This document shows, one piece after another, positions 1 through 16,852 of a stretch of 64,000 nt of DNA. The number at the start of each line of letters is the position of its first letter. The first letter of the stretch is position 1. Origin of the DNA: Eledone cirrhosa (taxonomy: Eukaryota). The notes under the pieces are model-generated. The model saw only the letters and a list, made by a program, of their open reading frames with translations. It ran no database searches and had not been told where the DNA came from. The stretch lies in the NCBI GenBank assembly GCA_964016885.1, contig OZ024743.1, positions 186,124,001-186,188,000 on the forward strand. The letters are read 5' to 3'. Position numbers and translations under genes: made by a program.

Positions 1-3000
1 CTACTTAAGTCTTATCCCACTACATTACTATTCTACTTAAGTCTTATCCCACTACTTTACTATTCTACTTAAGTCTTATCCCACTACATTACTATCCTAC
101 AACAGTCTTATCCCACTACATTACTATTCTACTTAAGTCTTATTCCACTACATTACTATTCTACTTAAGTCTTATCCCACTACATTACTATCCTACTTAA
201 GTCTTATCCCACTACATTACTATCCTACAACAGTCTTATCCCACTACATTACTATCCTACAACAGTCTTATCCCACTACATTACTATTCTACTTAAGTCT
301 TATTCCACTACATTACTATTCTACTTAAGTCTTATCCCACTACATTACTATCCTACTTAAGTCTTATCCCACTACATTACTATTCTACTTAAGTCTTATC
401 CCACTACATTACTATCCTACTTAAGTCTTATCCCACTACATTACTATTCTACTTAAGTCTTATCCCACTACATTACTATCCTACAACAGTCTTATCCCAC
501 TACATTACTATTCTACTTAAGTCTTATCCCACTACATTACTGTCCTACAACAGTCTTATCCCACTGCATTACTATTCTACAACAGTCTTATCCCACTACA
601 TTACTATCCTACAACAGTCTTATCCCACTACATTACTATCCTACTTAAGTCTTATCCCACTACATTACTATCCTACAACAGTCTTATCCCACTACATTAC
701 TATTCTACTTAAGTCTTATCCCACTACATTACTATCCTACAACAGTCTTATCCCACTACATTACTATTCTACAACAGTCTTATCCCACTACATTACTATC
801 CTACAACAGTCTTATCCCACTACATTACTATCCTACAACAGTCTTATCCCACTACATTACTATCCTACCACAGTCTTATCCCACTACATTACTATTCTAC
901 AACAGTCTTATCCCACTACATTACTATCCTACAACAGTCTTATCCCACTACATTACTATCCTACAACAGTCTTATTCCACTACATTACTATTCTACTTAA
1001 GTCTTATCCCACTACATTACTATTCTACAACAGTCTTATCCCACTACATTACTATTCTACAACAGTCTTATCCCACTACATTACTATCCTACAACAGTCT
1101 TATCCCACTACATTACTATCCTACAACAGTCTTATCCCACTACATTACTATCCTACCACAGTCTTATCCCACTACATTACTATTCTACAACAGTCTTATT
1201 CCACTACATTACTATCCTACAACAGTCTTATCCCACTACATTACTATCCTACAACAGTCTTATCCCACTACATTACTATCCTACAACAGTCTTATCCCAC
1301 TACATTACTATCCTACTTAAGTCTTATTCCACTACATTACTATCCTAGAACAGTCTTATTCCACTACATTACTATCCTACTTAAGTCTTATCCCACTACA
1401 TTACTATCCTACTTAAGTCTTATTCCTCTATATTACTATCCTACAACAGTCTTATTCCACTACATTACTATCCTACAATAGTCTTATCCCACTACATTAC
1501 TATTCTACTTAAGTCTTATTCCACTACATTACTATTCTACTTAAGTCTTATCCCACTACATTACTATCCTACAACAGTCTTATCCCACTACATTACTATT
1601 CTACTTAAGTCTTATCCCACTACATTACTATCCTACTTATGTCTTATCCCACTACATTACTATTCTACTTAAGTCTTATCTCACTACATTACTATCCTAC
1701 AACAGTCTTATCCCACTACATTACTATTCTACTTAAGTCTTATCCCACTACATTACTATTCTACTTAAGTCTTATCCCACTACATTACTATCCTACAACA
1801 GTCTTATCCCACTACATTACTATTCTACTTAAGTCTTATCCCACTACATTACTATCCTACTTAAGTCTTATCCGACTACATTACTATCCTATAACAGTCT
1901 TATCCCACTACATTACTATCCTACAACAGTCTTATCCCACTACATTACTATCCTATAACAGTCTTATCCCACTACATTACTATTCTACTTAAGTCTTATT
2001 CCACTACATTACTATCCTACTTAAGTCTTATCCCACTACATTACTATCCTACTTAAGTCTTATCCCACTATATTACTATCCTACTTAAGTCTTATCCCAC
2101 TACATTACTATCCTACTTAAGTCTTATCCCACTACATTACTATCCTACTTAAGTCTTATCCCACTACATTACTATCCTACAACAGTCTTATCCCACTACA
2201 TTACTATCCTACAACAGTCTTATCCCACTACATTACTATCCTACAACAGTCTTATCCCACTACATTACTATTCTACAACAGTCTTATTCCACTACATTAC
2301 TATTCTACTTAAGTCTTATTCCACTACATTACTATTCTACAACAGTCTTATCCCACTACATTACTATCCCACAACAGTCTTATCCCACTACATTACTATC
2401 CTACAACAGTCTTATCCCACTACATTACTATTCTACTTAAGTCTTATCCCACTACATTACTATTCTACTTAAGTCTTATCCCACTACATTACTATCCCAC
2501 TACCTAACTATTCTACTTAAGTCTTATCCCACTACATTACTATCCTACAACAGTCTTATCCCACCACATTACTATTCTACTTAAGTCTTATCCCACTACA
2601 TTACTATTCTACTTAAGTCTTATCCCACTACATTACTATCCTACAACAGTCTTATCCCACCACATTACTATTCTACTTAAGTCTTATCCCACTACATTAC
2701 TATTCTACTTAAGTCTTATCCCACTACATTACTATCCCACTACATTACTATTCTACTTAAGTCTTATCCCACTACTTTACTATTCTACTTAAGTCTTATC
2801 CCACTACATTACTATCCTACAACAGTCTTATCCCACTACATTACTATTCTACTTAAGTCTTATTCCACTACATTACTATTCTACTTAAGTCTTATCCCAC
2901 TACATTACTATCCTACTTAAGTCTTATCCCACTACATTACTATCCTACAACAGTCTTATCCCACTACATTACTATCCTACAACAGTCTTATCCCACTACA

Positions 3001-6000
3001 TTACTATTCTACTTAAGTCTTATTCCACTACATTACTATTCTACTTAAGTCTTATCCCACTACATTACTATCCTACTTAAGTCTTATCCCACTACATTAC
3101 TATTCTACTTAAGTCTTATCCCACTACATTACTATCCTACTTAAGTCTTATCCCACTACATTACTATTCTACTTAAGTCTTATCCCACTACATTACTATC
3201 CTACAACAGTCTTATCCCACTACATTACTATTCTACTTAAGTCTTATCCCACTACATTACTGTCCTACAACAGTCTTATCCCACTGCATTACTATTCTAC
3301 AACAGTCTTATCCCACTACATTACTATCCTACAACAGTCTTATCCCACTACATTACTATCCTACTTAAGTCTTATCCCACTACATTACTATCCTACAACA
3401 GTCTTATCCCACTACATTACTATTCTACTTAAGTCTTATCCCACTACATTACTATCCTACAACAGTCTTATCCCACTACATTACTATTCTACAACAGTCT
3501 TATCCCACTACATTACTATCCTACAACAGTCTTATCCCACTACATTACTATCCTACAACAGTCTTATCCCACTACATTACTATCCTACCACAGTCTTATC
3601 CCACTACATTACTATTCTACAACAGTCTTATCCCACTACATTACTATCCTACAACAGTCTTATCCCACTACATTACTATCCTACAACAGTCTTATTCCTC
3701 TACATTACTATTCTACTTAAGTCTTATCCCACTACATTACTATTCTACAACAGTCTTATCCCACTACATTACTATTCTACAACAGTCTTATCCCACTACA
3801 TTACTATCCTACAACAGTCTTATCCCACTACATTACTATCCTACAACAGTCTTATCCCACTACATTACTATCCTACCACAGTCTTATCCCACTACATTAC
3901 TATTCTACAACAGTCTTATTCCACTACATTACTATCCTACAACAGTCTTATCCCACTACATTACTATCCTACAACAGTCTTATCCCACTACATTACTATC
4001 CTACAACAGTCTTATCCCACTACATTACTATCCTACTTAAGTCTTATTCCACTACATTACTATCCTAGAACAGTCTTATTCCACTACATTACTATCCTAC
4101 TTAAGTCTTATCCCACTACATTACTATCCTACTTAAGTCTTATTCCTCTATATTACTATCCTACAACAGTCTTATTCCACTACATTACTATCCTACAATA
4201 GTCTTATCCCACTACATTACTATTCTACTTAAGTCTTATTCCACTACATTACTATTCTACTTAAGTCTTATCCCACTACATTACTATCCTACAACAGTGT
4301 TATCCCACTACATTACTATTCTACTTAAGTCTTATCCCACTACATTACTATCCTACTTATGTCTTATCCCACTACATTACTATTCTACTTAAGTCTTATC
4401 TCACTACATTACTATCCTACAACAGTCTTATCCCACTACATTACTATTCTACTTAAGTCTTATCCCACTACATTACTATTCTACTTAAGTCTTATCCCAC
4501 TACATTACTATCCTACAACAGTCTTATCCCACTACATTACTATTCTACTTAAGTCTTATCCCACTACATTACTATCCTACTTAAGTCTTATCCGACTACA
4601 TTACTATCCTATAACAGTCTTATCCCACTACATTACTATCCTACAACAGTCTTATCCCACTACATTACTATCCTATAACAGTCTTATCCCACTACATTAC
4701 TATTCTACTTAAGTCTTATTCCACTACATTACTATCCTACTTAAGTCTTATCCCACTACATTACTATCCTACTTAAGTCTTATCCCACTATATTACTATC
4801 CTACTTAAGTCTTATCCCACTACATTACTATCCTACTTAAGTCTTATCCCACTACATTACTATCCTACTTAAGTCTTATCCCACTACATTACTATCCTAC
4901 AACAGTCTTATCCCACTACATTACTATCCTACAACAGTCTTATCCCACTACATTACTATTCTACTTAAGTCTTATCCTACTACATTACTATCCTACTTAA
5001 GTCATATCCCACTACATTACTATCCTTAAGTCTTATCCCACTACATTACTATTCTACTTAAGTCTTATCCCACTACATTACTATCCTACTTAAGTCTTAT
5101 CCCACTACATTACTATCCTACAACAGTCTTATCCCACTACATTACTATCCTACTTAAGTCTTATCCCACTACATTACTATCCTACAACAGTCTTATTCCA
5201 CTACATTACTATCCTACTTAAGTCTTATCCTACTACATTACTATTCTACTTAAGTCTTATCCCACTACATTACTATCCTACAACAGTCTTATCCCACTAC
5301 ATTACTATCCTACTTAAGTCTTATCCCACTACATTACTATTTTACTTAAGTCTTATCCCACTACATTACTATTCTACTTAAGTCTTATTACACTACATTA
5401 CTATCCTACTTAAGTCTTATCCCACTACATTACTATTCTACTTAAGTCTTATCCCACTACATTACTATTCTACTTAAGTCTTATTCCACTACATTACTAT
5501 CCTACAACAGTCTTATCCCACTACATTACTATTCTACTTAAGTCTTATCCCACTACATTACTATCCTACAACAGTCTTATCCCACTGCATTACTATTCTA
5601 CTTAAGTCTTATCCCACTACATTACTATTCTTCTTAAGTCTTATCCCACTACATTACTATCCTACAACAGTCTTATCCCACTACATTACCAATCTACTTA
5701 AGTCTTATCCCACTACATTACTATCCTACTTAAGTCTTATACCACTACATTACTATCCTACAACAGTCTTATCCCACTACATTACTATCCTACAACAGTC
5801 TTATCCCACTACATTACTATCCTCCAACAGTCTTATCCCACTACATTACTATTCTACTTAAGTCTTATTCCACTACATTACTATCCTACAACAGTCTTAT
5901 CCCACTACATTACTATCCTACAACAGTCTTATCCCACTACATTACTATCCTACAACAGTCTTATCCCACTACATTACTATTCTACAACAGTCTTATTCCA

Positions 6001-9000
6001 CTACATTACTATTCTACTTAAGTCTTATTCCACTACATTACTATCCTACAACAGTCTTATCCCACTACATTACTATCCTACAACAGTCTTATCCCACTAC
6101 ATTACTATCCTACAACAGTCTTATCCCACTACATTACTATTCTACTTAAGTCTTATCCCACTACATTACTATTCTACTTAAGTCTTATCCCACTACATTA
6201 CTATCCCACTACCTAACTATTCTACTTAAGTCTTATCCCACTACATTACTATCCTACAACAGTCTTATCCCACCACATTACTATTCTACTTAAGTCTTAT
6301 CCCACTACATTACTATTCTACTTAAGTCTTATCCCACTACATTACTATCCTACAACAGTCTTATCCCACCACATTACTATTCTACTTAAGTCTTATCCCA
6401 CTACATTACTATTCTACTTAAGTCTTATCCCACTACATTACTATCCCACTACATTACTATTCTACTTAAGTCTTATCCCACTACTTTACTATTCTACTTA
6501 AGTCTTATCCCACTACATTACTATCCTACAAAAGTCTTATCCCACTACATTACTATTCTACTTAAGTCTTATTCCACTACATTACTATCCTACAACAGTC
6601 TTATCCCACTACATTACTATTCTACTTAAGTCTTATCCCACTACATTACTATTCTACTTAAGTCTTATCCCACTACTTTACTATCTTACTTAAGTCTTAT
6701 CCCACTACATTACTATCCTACAACAGTCTTATCCCACTACATTACTATCCTACAACAGTCTTATTCCACTACATTACTATTCTACTTAAGTCTTATCCCA
6801 CTACATTACTATTCTACAACAGTCTTATCCCACTACATTACTATTCTACTTAAGTCTTATCCCACTACTTTACTATCCTACTTAAGTCTTATCCCACTAC
6901 ATTACTATCCTACAACAGTCTTATCCCACTACATTACTATCCTACAACAGTCTTATCCCACTACATTACTATTCTACTTAAGTCTTATTCCACTACATTA
7001 CTATCCTACTTAAGTCTTATCCCACTACATTACTATCCTACTTAAGTCTTATCCCACTATATTACTATCCTACAACAGTCTTATCCCACTACATTACTAT
7101 CCTACTTAAGTCTTATCCCACTACATTACTATCCTACTTAAGTCTTATCCCACTACATTACTATCCTACAACAGTCTTATCCCACTACATTACTATCCTA
7201 CAACAGTCTTATCCCACTACATTACTATTCTACTTAAGTCTTATCCTACTACATTACTATCCTACTTAAGTCATATCCCACTACATTACTATCCTACTTA
7301 AGTCTTATCCCACTACATTACTATTCTACTTAAGTCTTATCCCACTACATTACTATCCTACTTAAGTCTTATCCCACTACATTACTATCCTACAACAGTC
7401 TTATCCCACTACATTACTATCCTACTTAAGTCTTATCCCACTACATTACTATTCTACTTAAGTCTTATCCCACTACATTACTATCCTACAACAGTCTTAT
7501 CCCACCACATTACTATTCTACTTAAGTCTTATCCCACTACATTACTATTCTACTTAAGTCTTATCCCACTACATTACTATCCCACTACATTACTATTCTA
7601 CTTAAGTCTTATCCCACTACTTTACTATTCTACTTAAGTCTTATCCCACTACATTACTATCCTACAACAGTCTTATCCCACTACATTACTATTCTACTTA
7701 AGTCTTATTCCACTACATTACTATTCTACTTAAGTCTTATCCCACTACATTACTATCCTACTTAAGTCTTATCCCACTACATTACTATCCTACAACAGTC
7801 TTATCCCACTACATTACTATCCTACAACAGTCTTATCCCACTACATTACTATTCTACTTAAGTCTTATTCCACTACATTACTATTCTACTTAAGTCTTAT
7901 CCCACTACATTACTATCCTACTTAAGTCTTATCCCACTACATTACTATTCTACTTAAGTCTTATCCCACTACATTACTATCCTACTTAAGTCTTATCCCA
8001 CTACATTACTATTCTACTTAAGTCTTATCCCACTACATTACTATCCTACAACAGTCTTATCCCACTACATTACTATTCTACTTAAGTCTTATCCCACTAC
8101 ATTACTGTCCTACAACAGTCTTATCCCACTGCATTACTATTCTACAACAGTCTTATCCCACTACATTACTATCCTACAACACTCTTATCCCACTACATTA
8201 CTATCCTACTTAAGTCTTATCCCACTACATTACTATCCTACAACAGTCTTATCCCACTACATTACTATTCTACTTAAGTCTTATCCCACTACATTACTAT
8301 CCTACAACAGTCTTATCCCACTACATTACTATTCTACAACAGTCTTATCCCACTACATTACTATCCTACAACAGTCTTATCCCACTACATTACTATCCTA
8401 CAACAGTCTTATCCCACTACATTACTATCCTACCACAGTCTTATCCCACTACATTACTATTCTACAACAGTCTTATCCCACTACATTACTATCCTACAAC
8501 AGTCTTATCCCACTACATTACTATCCTACAACAGTCTTATTCCACTACATTACTATTCTACTTAAGTCTTATCCCACTACATTACTATTCTACAACAGTC
8601 TTATCCCACTACATTACTATTCTACAACAGTCTTATCCCACTACATTACTATCCTACAACAGTCTTATCCCACTACATTACTATCCTACAACAGTCTTAT
8701 CCCACTACATTACTATCCTACCACAGTCTTATCCCACTACATTACTATTCTACAACAGTCTTATTCCACTACATTACTATCCTACAACAGTCTTATCCCA
8801 CTACATTACTATCCTACAACAGTCTTATCCCACTACATTACTATCCTACAACAGTCTTATCCCACTACATTACTATCCTACTTAAGTCTTATTCCACTAC
8901 ATTACTATCCTAGAACAGTCTTATTCCACTACATTACTATCCTACTTAAGTCTTATCCCACTACATTACTATCCTACTTAAGTCTTATTCCTCTATATTA

Positions 9001-12000
9001 CTATCCTACAACAGTCTTATTCCACTACATTACTATCCTACAATAGTCTTATCCCACTACATTACTATTCTACTTAAGTCTTATTCCACTACATTACTAT
9101 TCTACTTAAGTCTTATCCCACTACATTACTATCCTACAACAGTCTTATCCCACTACATTACTATTCTACTTAAGTCTTATCCCACTACATTACTATCCTA
9201 CTTATGTCTTATCCCACTACATTACTATTCTACTTAAGTCTTATCTCACTACATTACTATCCTACAACAGTCTTATCCCACTACATTACTATTCTACTTA
9301 AGTCTTATCCCACTACATTACTATTCTACTTAAGTCTTATCCCACTACATTACTATCCTACAACAGTCTTATCCCACTACATTACTATTCTACTTAAGTC
9401 TTATCCCACTACATTACTATCCTACTTAAGTCTTATCCGACTACATTACTATCCTATAACAGTCTTATCCCACTACATTACTATCCTACAACAGTCTTAT
9501 CCCACTACATTACTATCCTATAACAGTCTTATCCCACTACATTACTATTCTACTTAAGTCTTATTCCACTACATTACTATCCTACTTAAGTCTTATCCCA
9601 CTACATTACTATCCTACTTAAGTCTTATCCCACTATATTACTATCCTACTTAAGTCTTATCCCACTACATTACTATCCTACTTAAGTCTTATCCCACTAC
9701 ATTACTATCCTACTTAAGTCTTATCCCACTACATTACTATCCTACAACAGTCTTATCCCACTACATTACTATCCTACAACAGTCTTATCCCACTACATTA
9801 CTATTCTACTTAAGTCTTATCCTACTACATTACTATCCTACTTAAGTCATATCCCACTACATTACTATCCTACTTAAGTCTTATCCCACTACATTACTAT
9901 TCTACTTAAGTCTTATCCCACTACATTACTATCCTACTTAAGTCTTATCCCACTACATTACTATCCTACAACAGTCTTATCCCACTACATTACTATCCTA
10001 CTTAAGTCTTATCCCACTACATTACTATCCTACAACAGTCTTATTCCACTACATTACTATCCTACTTAAGTCTTATCCTACTACATTACTATTCTACTTA
10101 AGTCTTATCCCACTACATTACTATCCTACAACAGTCTTATCCCACTACATTACTATCCTACTTAAGTCTTATCCCACTACATTACTATTTTACTTACGTC
10201 TTATCCCACTACATTACTATTCTACTTAAGTCTTATTACACTACATTACTATCCTACTTAAGTCTTATCCCACTACATTACTATTCTACTTAAGTCTTAT
10301 CCCACTACATTACTATTCTACTTAAGTCTTATTCCACTACATTACTATCCTACAACAGTCTTATCCCACTACATTACTATTCTACTTAAGTCTTATCCCA
10401 CTACATTACTATCCTACAACAGTCTTATCCCACTGCATTACTATTCTACTTAAGTCTTATCCCACTACATTACTATTCTTCTTAAGTCTTATCCCACTAC
10501 ATTACTATCCTACAACAGTCTTATCCCACTACATTACCATTCTACTTAAGTCTTATCCCACTACATTACTATCCTACTTAAGTCTTATACCACTACATTA
10601 CTATCCTACAACAGTCTTATCCCACTACATTACTATCCTACAACAGTCTTATCCCACTACATTACTATCCTCCAACAGTCTTATCCCACTACATTACTAT
10701 TCTACTTAAGTCTTATTCCACTACATTACTATCCTACAACAGTCTTATCCCACTACATTACTATCCTACAACAGTCTTATCCCACTACATTACTATCCTA
10801 CAACAGTCTTATCCCACTACATTACTATTCTACAACAGTCTTATTCCACTACATTACTATTCTACTTAAGTCTTATTCCACTACATTACTATCCTACAAC
10901 AGTCTTATCCCACTACATTACTATCCTACAACAGTCTTATCCCACTACATTACTATCCTACAACAGTCTTATCCCACTACATTACTATTCTACTTAAGTC
11001 TTATCCCACTACATTACTATTCTACTTAAGTCTTATCCCACTACATTACTATCCCACTACCTAACTATTCTACTTAAGTCTTATCCCACTACATTACTAT
11101 CCTACAACAGTCTTATCCCACCACATTACTATTCTACTTAAGTCTTATCCCACTACATTACTATTCTACTTAAGTCTTATCCCACTACATTACTATCCTA
11201 CAACAGTCTTATCCCACCACATTACTATTCTACTTAAGTCTTATCCCACTACATTACTATTCTACTTAAGTCTTATCCCACTACATTACTATCCCACTAC
11301 ATTACTATCCCACTACATTACTATTCTACTTAAGTCTTATCCCACTACTTTACTATTCTACTTAAGTCTTATCCCACTACATTACTATCCTACAAAAGTC
11401 TTATCCCACTACATTACTATTCTACTTAAGTCTTATTCCACTACATTACTATCCTACAACAGTCTTATCCCACTACATTACTATTCTACTTAAGTCTTAT
11501 CCCACTACATTACTATTCTACTTAAGTCTTATCCCACTACTTTACTATCTTACTTAAGTCTTATCCCACTACATTACTATCCTACAACAGTCTTATCCCA
11601 CTACATTACTATCCTACAACAGTCTTATTCCACTACATTACTATTCTACTTAAGTCTTATCCCACTACATTACTATTCTACAACAGTCTTATCCCACTAC
11701 ATTACTATTTTACTTAAGTCTTATCCCACTACTTTACTATCCTACTTAAGTCTTATCCCACTACATTACTATCCTACAACAGTCTTATCCCACTACATTA
11801 CTATCCTACAACAGTCTTATCCCACTACATTACTATTCTACTTAAGTCTTATTCCACTACATTACTATCCTACTTAAGTCTTATCCCACTACATTACTAT
11901 CCTACTTAAGTCTTATCCCACTATATTACTATCCTACAACAGTCTTATCCCACTACATTACTATCCTACTTAAGTCTTATCCCACTACATTACTATCCTA

Positions 12001-15000
12001 CTTAAGTCTTATCCCACTACATTACTATCCTACAACAGTCTTATCCCACTACATTACTATCCTACAACAGTCTTATCCCACTACATTACTATTCTACTTA
12101 AGTCTTATCCTACTACATTACTATCCTACTTAAGTCATATCCCACTACATTACTATCCTACTTAAGTCTTATCCCACTACATTACTATTCTACTTAAGTC
12201 TTATCCCACTACATTACTATCCTACTTAAGTCTTATCCCACTACATTACTATCCTACAACAGTCTTATCCCACTACATTACTATCCTACAACAGTCTTAT
12301 CCCACTACATTACTATTCTACAACAGTCTTATTCCACTACATTACTATTCTACTTAAGTCTTATTCCACTACATTACTATCCTACAACAGTCTTATCCCA
12401 CTACATTACTATCCTACAACAGTCTTATCCCACTACATTACTATCCTACAACAGTCTTATCCCACTACATTACTATTCTACTTAAGTCTTATCCCACTAC
12501 ATTACTATTCTACTTAAGTCTTATCCCACTACATTACTATCCCACTACCTAACTATTCTACTTAAGTCTTATCCCACTACATTACTATCCTACAACAGTC
12601 TTATCCCACCACATTACTATTCTACTTAAGTCTTATCCCACTACATTACTATTCTACTTAAGTCTTATCCCACTACATTACTATCCTACAACAGTCTTAT
12701 CCCACCACATTACTATTCTACTTAAGTCTTATCCCACTACATTACTATTCTACTTAAGTCTTATCCCACTACATTACTATCCCACTACATTACTATTCTA
12801 CTTAAGTCTTATCCCACTACATTACTATCCTACAAAAGTCTTATCCCACTACATTACTATTCTACTTAAGTCTTATTCCACTACATTACTATCCTACAAC
12901 AGTCTTATCCCACTACATTACTATTCTACTTAAGTCTTATCCCACTACATTACTATTCTACTTAAGTCTTATCCCACTACTTTACTATCCTACTTAAGTC
13001 TTATCCCACTACATTACTATCCTACAACAGTCTTATCCCACTACATTACTATCCTACAACAGTCTTATTCCACTACATTACTATTCTACTTAAGTCTTAT
13101 CCCACTACATTACTATTCTACAACAGTCTTATCCCACTACATTACTATTCTACTTAAGTCTTATCCCACTACTTTACTATCCTACTTAAGTCTTATCCCA
13201 CTACATTACTATCCTACAACAGTCTTATCCCACTACATTACTATCCTACAACAGTCTTATCCCACTACATTACTATTCTACTTAAGTCTTATTCCACTAC
13301 ATTACTATCCTACTTAAGTCTTATCCCACTACATTACTATCCTACTTAAGTCTTATCCCACTATATTACTATCCTACAACAGTCTTATCCCACTACATTA
13401 CTATCCTACTTAAGTCTTATCCCACTACATTACTATCCTACTTAAGTCTTATCCCACTACATTACTATCCTACAACAGTCTTATCCCACTACATTACTAT
13501 CCTACAACAGTCTTATCCCACTACATTACTATTCTACTTAAGTCTTATCCTACTACATTACTATCCTACTTAAGTCATATCCCACTACATTACTATCCTA
13601 CTTAAGTCTTATCCCACTACATTACTATTCTACTTAAGTCTTATCCCACTACATTACTATCCTACTTAAGTCTTATCCCACTACATTACTATCCTACAAC
13701 AGTCTTATCCCACTACATTACTATCCTACTTAAGTCTTATCCCACTACATTACTATCCTACAACAGTCTTATTCCACTACATTACTATCCTACTTAAGTC
13801 TTATCCTACTACATTACTATTCTACTTAAGTCTTATCCCACTACATTACTATCCTACAACAGTCTTATCCCACTACATTACTATCCTACTTAAGTCTTAT
13901 CCCACTACATTACTATTTTACTTAAGTCTTATCCCACTACATTACTATTCTACTTAAGTCTTATTACACTACATTACTATCCTACTTAAGTCTTATCCCA
14001 CTACATTACTATTCTACTTAAGTCTTATCCCACTACATTACTATTCTACTTAAGTCTTATTCCACTACATTACTATCCTACAACAGTCTTATCCCACTAC
14101 ATTACTATTCTACTTAAGTCTTATCCCACTACATTACTATCCTACAACAGTCTTATCCCACTACATTACTATTCTACTTAAGTCTTATCCCACTACATTA
14201 CTATTCTTCTTAAGTCTTATCCCACTACATTACTATCCTACAACAGTCTTATCCCACTACATTACCATTCTACTTAAGTCTTATCCCACTACATTACTAT
14301 CCTACTTAAGTCTTATACCACTACATTACTATCCTACAACAGTCTTATCCCACTACATTACTATCCTACAACAGTCTTATCCCACTACATTACTATCCTA
14401 CAACAGTCTTATCCCACTACATTACTATTCTACTTAAGTCTTATTCCACTACATTACTATCCTACAACAGTCTTATCCCACTACATTACTATCCTACAAC
14501 AGTCTTATCCCACTACATTACTATCCTACAACAGTCTTATCCCACTACATTACTATTCTACAACAGTCTTATTCCACTACATTACTATTCTACTTAAGTC
14601 TTATCCCACTACATTACTATCCTACAACAGTCTTATCCCACTACATTACTATCCTACAACAGTCTTATCCCACTACATTACTATCCTACAACAGTCTTAT
14701 CCCACTACATTACCATTCTACTTAAGTCTTATCCCACTACATTACTATCCTACTTAAGTCTTATACCACTACATTACTATCCTACAACAGTCTTATCCCA
14801 CTACATTACTATCCTACAACAGTCTTATCCCACTACATTACTATCCTACAACAGTCTTATCCCACTACATTACTATTCTACAACAGTCTTATTCCACTAC
14901 ATTACTATTCTACTTAAGTCTTATCCCACTACATTACTATCCTACAACAGTCTTATCCCACTACATTACTATCCTACAACAGTCTTATCCCACTACATTA

Positions 15001-16210
15001 CTATCCCACTACCTAACTATTCTACTTAAGTCTTATCCCACTACATTACTATCCTACAACAGTCTTATCCCACTACATTACTATCCTACAACAGTCTTAT
15101 CCCACTACATTACTATCCTACAACAGTCTTATCCCACTACATTACTATTCTACAACAGTCTTATTCCACTACATTACTATTCTACTTAAGTCTTATTCCA
15201 CTACATTACTATCCTACAACAGTCTTATCCCACTACATTACTATCCTACAACAGTCTTATCCCACTACATTACTATCCTACAACAGTCTTATCCCACCAC
15301 ATTACTATTCTACTTAAGTCTTATCCCACTACATTACTATTCTACTTAAGTCTTAGCCCACTACATTACTATCCTACAACAGTCTTATCCCACCACATTA
15401 CTATTCTACTTAAGTCTTATCCCACTACATTACTATTCTACTTAAGTCTTATCCCACTACATTACTATCCCACTACATTACTATTCTACTTAAGTCTTAT
15501 CCCACTACTTTACTATTCTACTTAAGTCTTATCCCACTACATTACTATCCTACAACAGTCTTATCCCACTACATTACTATTCTACTTAAGTCTTATCCCA
15601 CCACATTACTATTCTACTTAAGTCTTATCCCACTACATTACTATTCTACTTAAGTCTTATCCCACTACATTACTATCCCACTACATTACTATTCTACTTA
15701 AGTCTTATCCCACTACTTTACTATTCTACTTAAGTCTTATCCCACTACATTACTATCCTACAACAGTCTTATCCCACTACATTACTATTCTACTTAAGTC
15801 TTATTCCACTACATTACTATTCTACTTAAGTCTTATCCCACTACATTACTATCCTACTTAAATCTTATCCCACTACATTACTATCCTACAACAGTCTTAT
15901 CCCACTACATTACTATCCTACAACAGTCTTATCCCACTACATTACTATTCTACTTAAGTCTTATTCCACTACATTACTATTCTACTTAAGTCTTATCCCA
16001 CTACATTACTATCCTACTTAAGTCTTATCCCACTACATTACTATTCTACTTAAGTCTTATCCCACTACATTACTATCCTACTTAAGTCTTATCCCACTAC
16101 ATTACTATTCTACTTAAGTCTTATCCCACTACATTACTATTCTACTTAAGTCTTATCCCACTACATTACTATCCTACAACAGTCTTATCCCACTACATTA
16201 CTATCCTACT
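1..16210. repeat. 32-bp tandem satellite array (about 500 monomers, open at the left window edge)
   Basis: Monomer CTAC(TTA/AAC)AGTCTTATCCCACTACATTACTAT(C/T) repeats uninterrupted to ~16210; occasional 16-bp half units and one 3-bp deletion near 5025. Confidence 0.99.
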
Positions 16211-16697
16211 GTTTCGCTATTACACTTATGAATGTCAAACTTCACATTTGCTGTTTGATCCTCTCTCAGACGTGCATAATAAAGAAGTGAATTGGATCAT
16301 TTATGGCTTGGATTAATTAATATTTTGGGAGTAAATCTGGAATCCCTTTCTTCTTGTTTAGTTCCTATTATTGCTGTTCCTAATAGACGAACCTGAATAT
16401 CTATGTCCATTTACAGACATGCCTAATATCCCCACTGGTTTATTGTTTATTTGAAATTGATAACATATTTGGTATTATTTCTTTTCAACTACTGGTTAAA
16501 GTATAGTCTTTTCTAATTTGCAGTTCAATTCTTTTTGCTGTTGTCTATTTATGTATGTATAGACCTGTAACTTCTGATGGAGTTGTAGGGGCACTGTCAT
16601 GACACTTAGTGTGTCTTTGACACTTTAAACCTTGCAGAGCCCATCTCCTTTCTTTTAGTTTCTTCTAGAGAGAGAGAGAGAGAGAGAGAGAATGAGA

Positions 16698-16835
16698 ATA
16701 GACCCCAGTTCTGAACTGGTATTTTTTTTTTTATTGATCTCTTAAAGATGGAAAATAATGTTCACTTTGATGGAATTTAAACTCAGAAAGCTGGGACAAA
16801 TATCACAAAGCGTTCCGTCTGCCAATTCATCGCCT
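16698..16835 (-). mobile_element. Degenerate tRNA-derived SINE (family A)
   Basis: Reverse-complement similarity to the SINE at 59417-59640 (CTGAGTTCAAAT...AAGTACCAG...CTGGGGTC); preceded by (GA)n. Confidence 0.6.
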
Positions 16836-16852
16836 ACTATTGTGTATATATG

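Noticed and set aside
1639-9557. Three identical 117-aa ORFs
   Set aside because: Chance stop-free frames in the satellite opened by a TAAG>TATG variant; useful only as duplication markers.
1-16210. CRISPR array or telomeric repeat
   Set aside because: Repeats are contiguous with no unique spacers, there are no cas genes, the context is eukaryotic, and there are no TTAGGG-type units.
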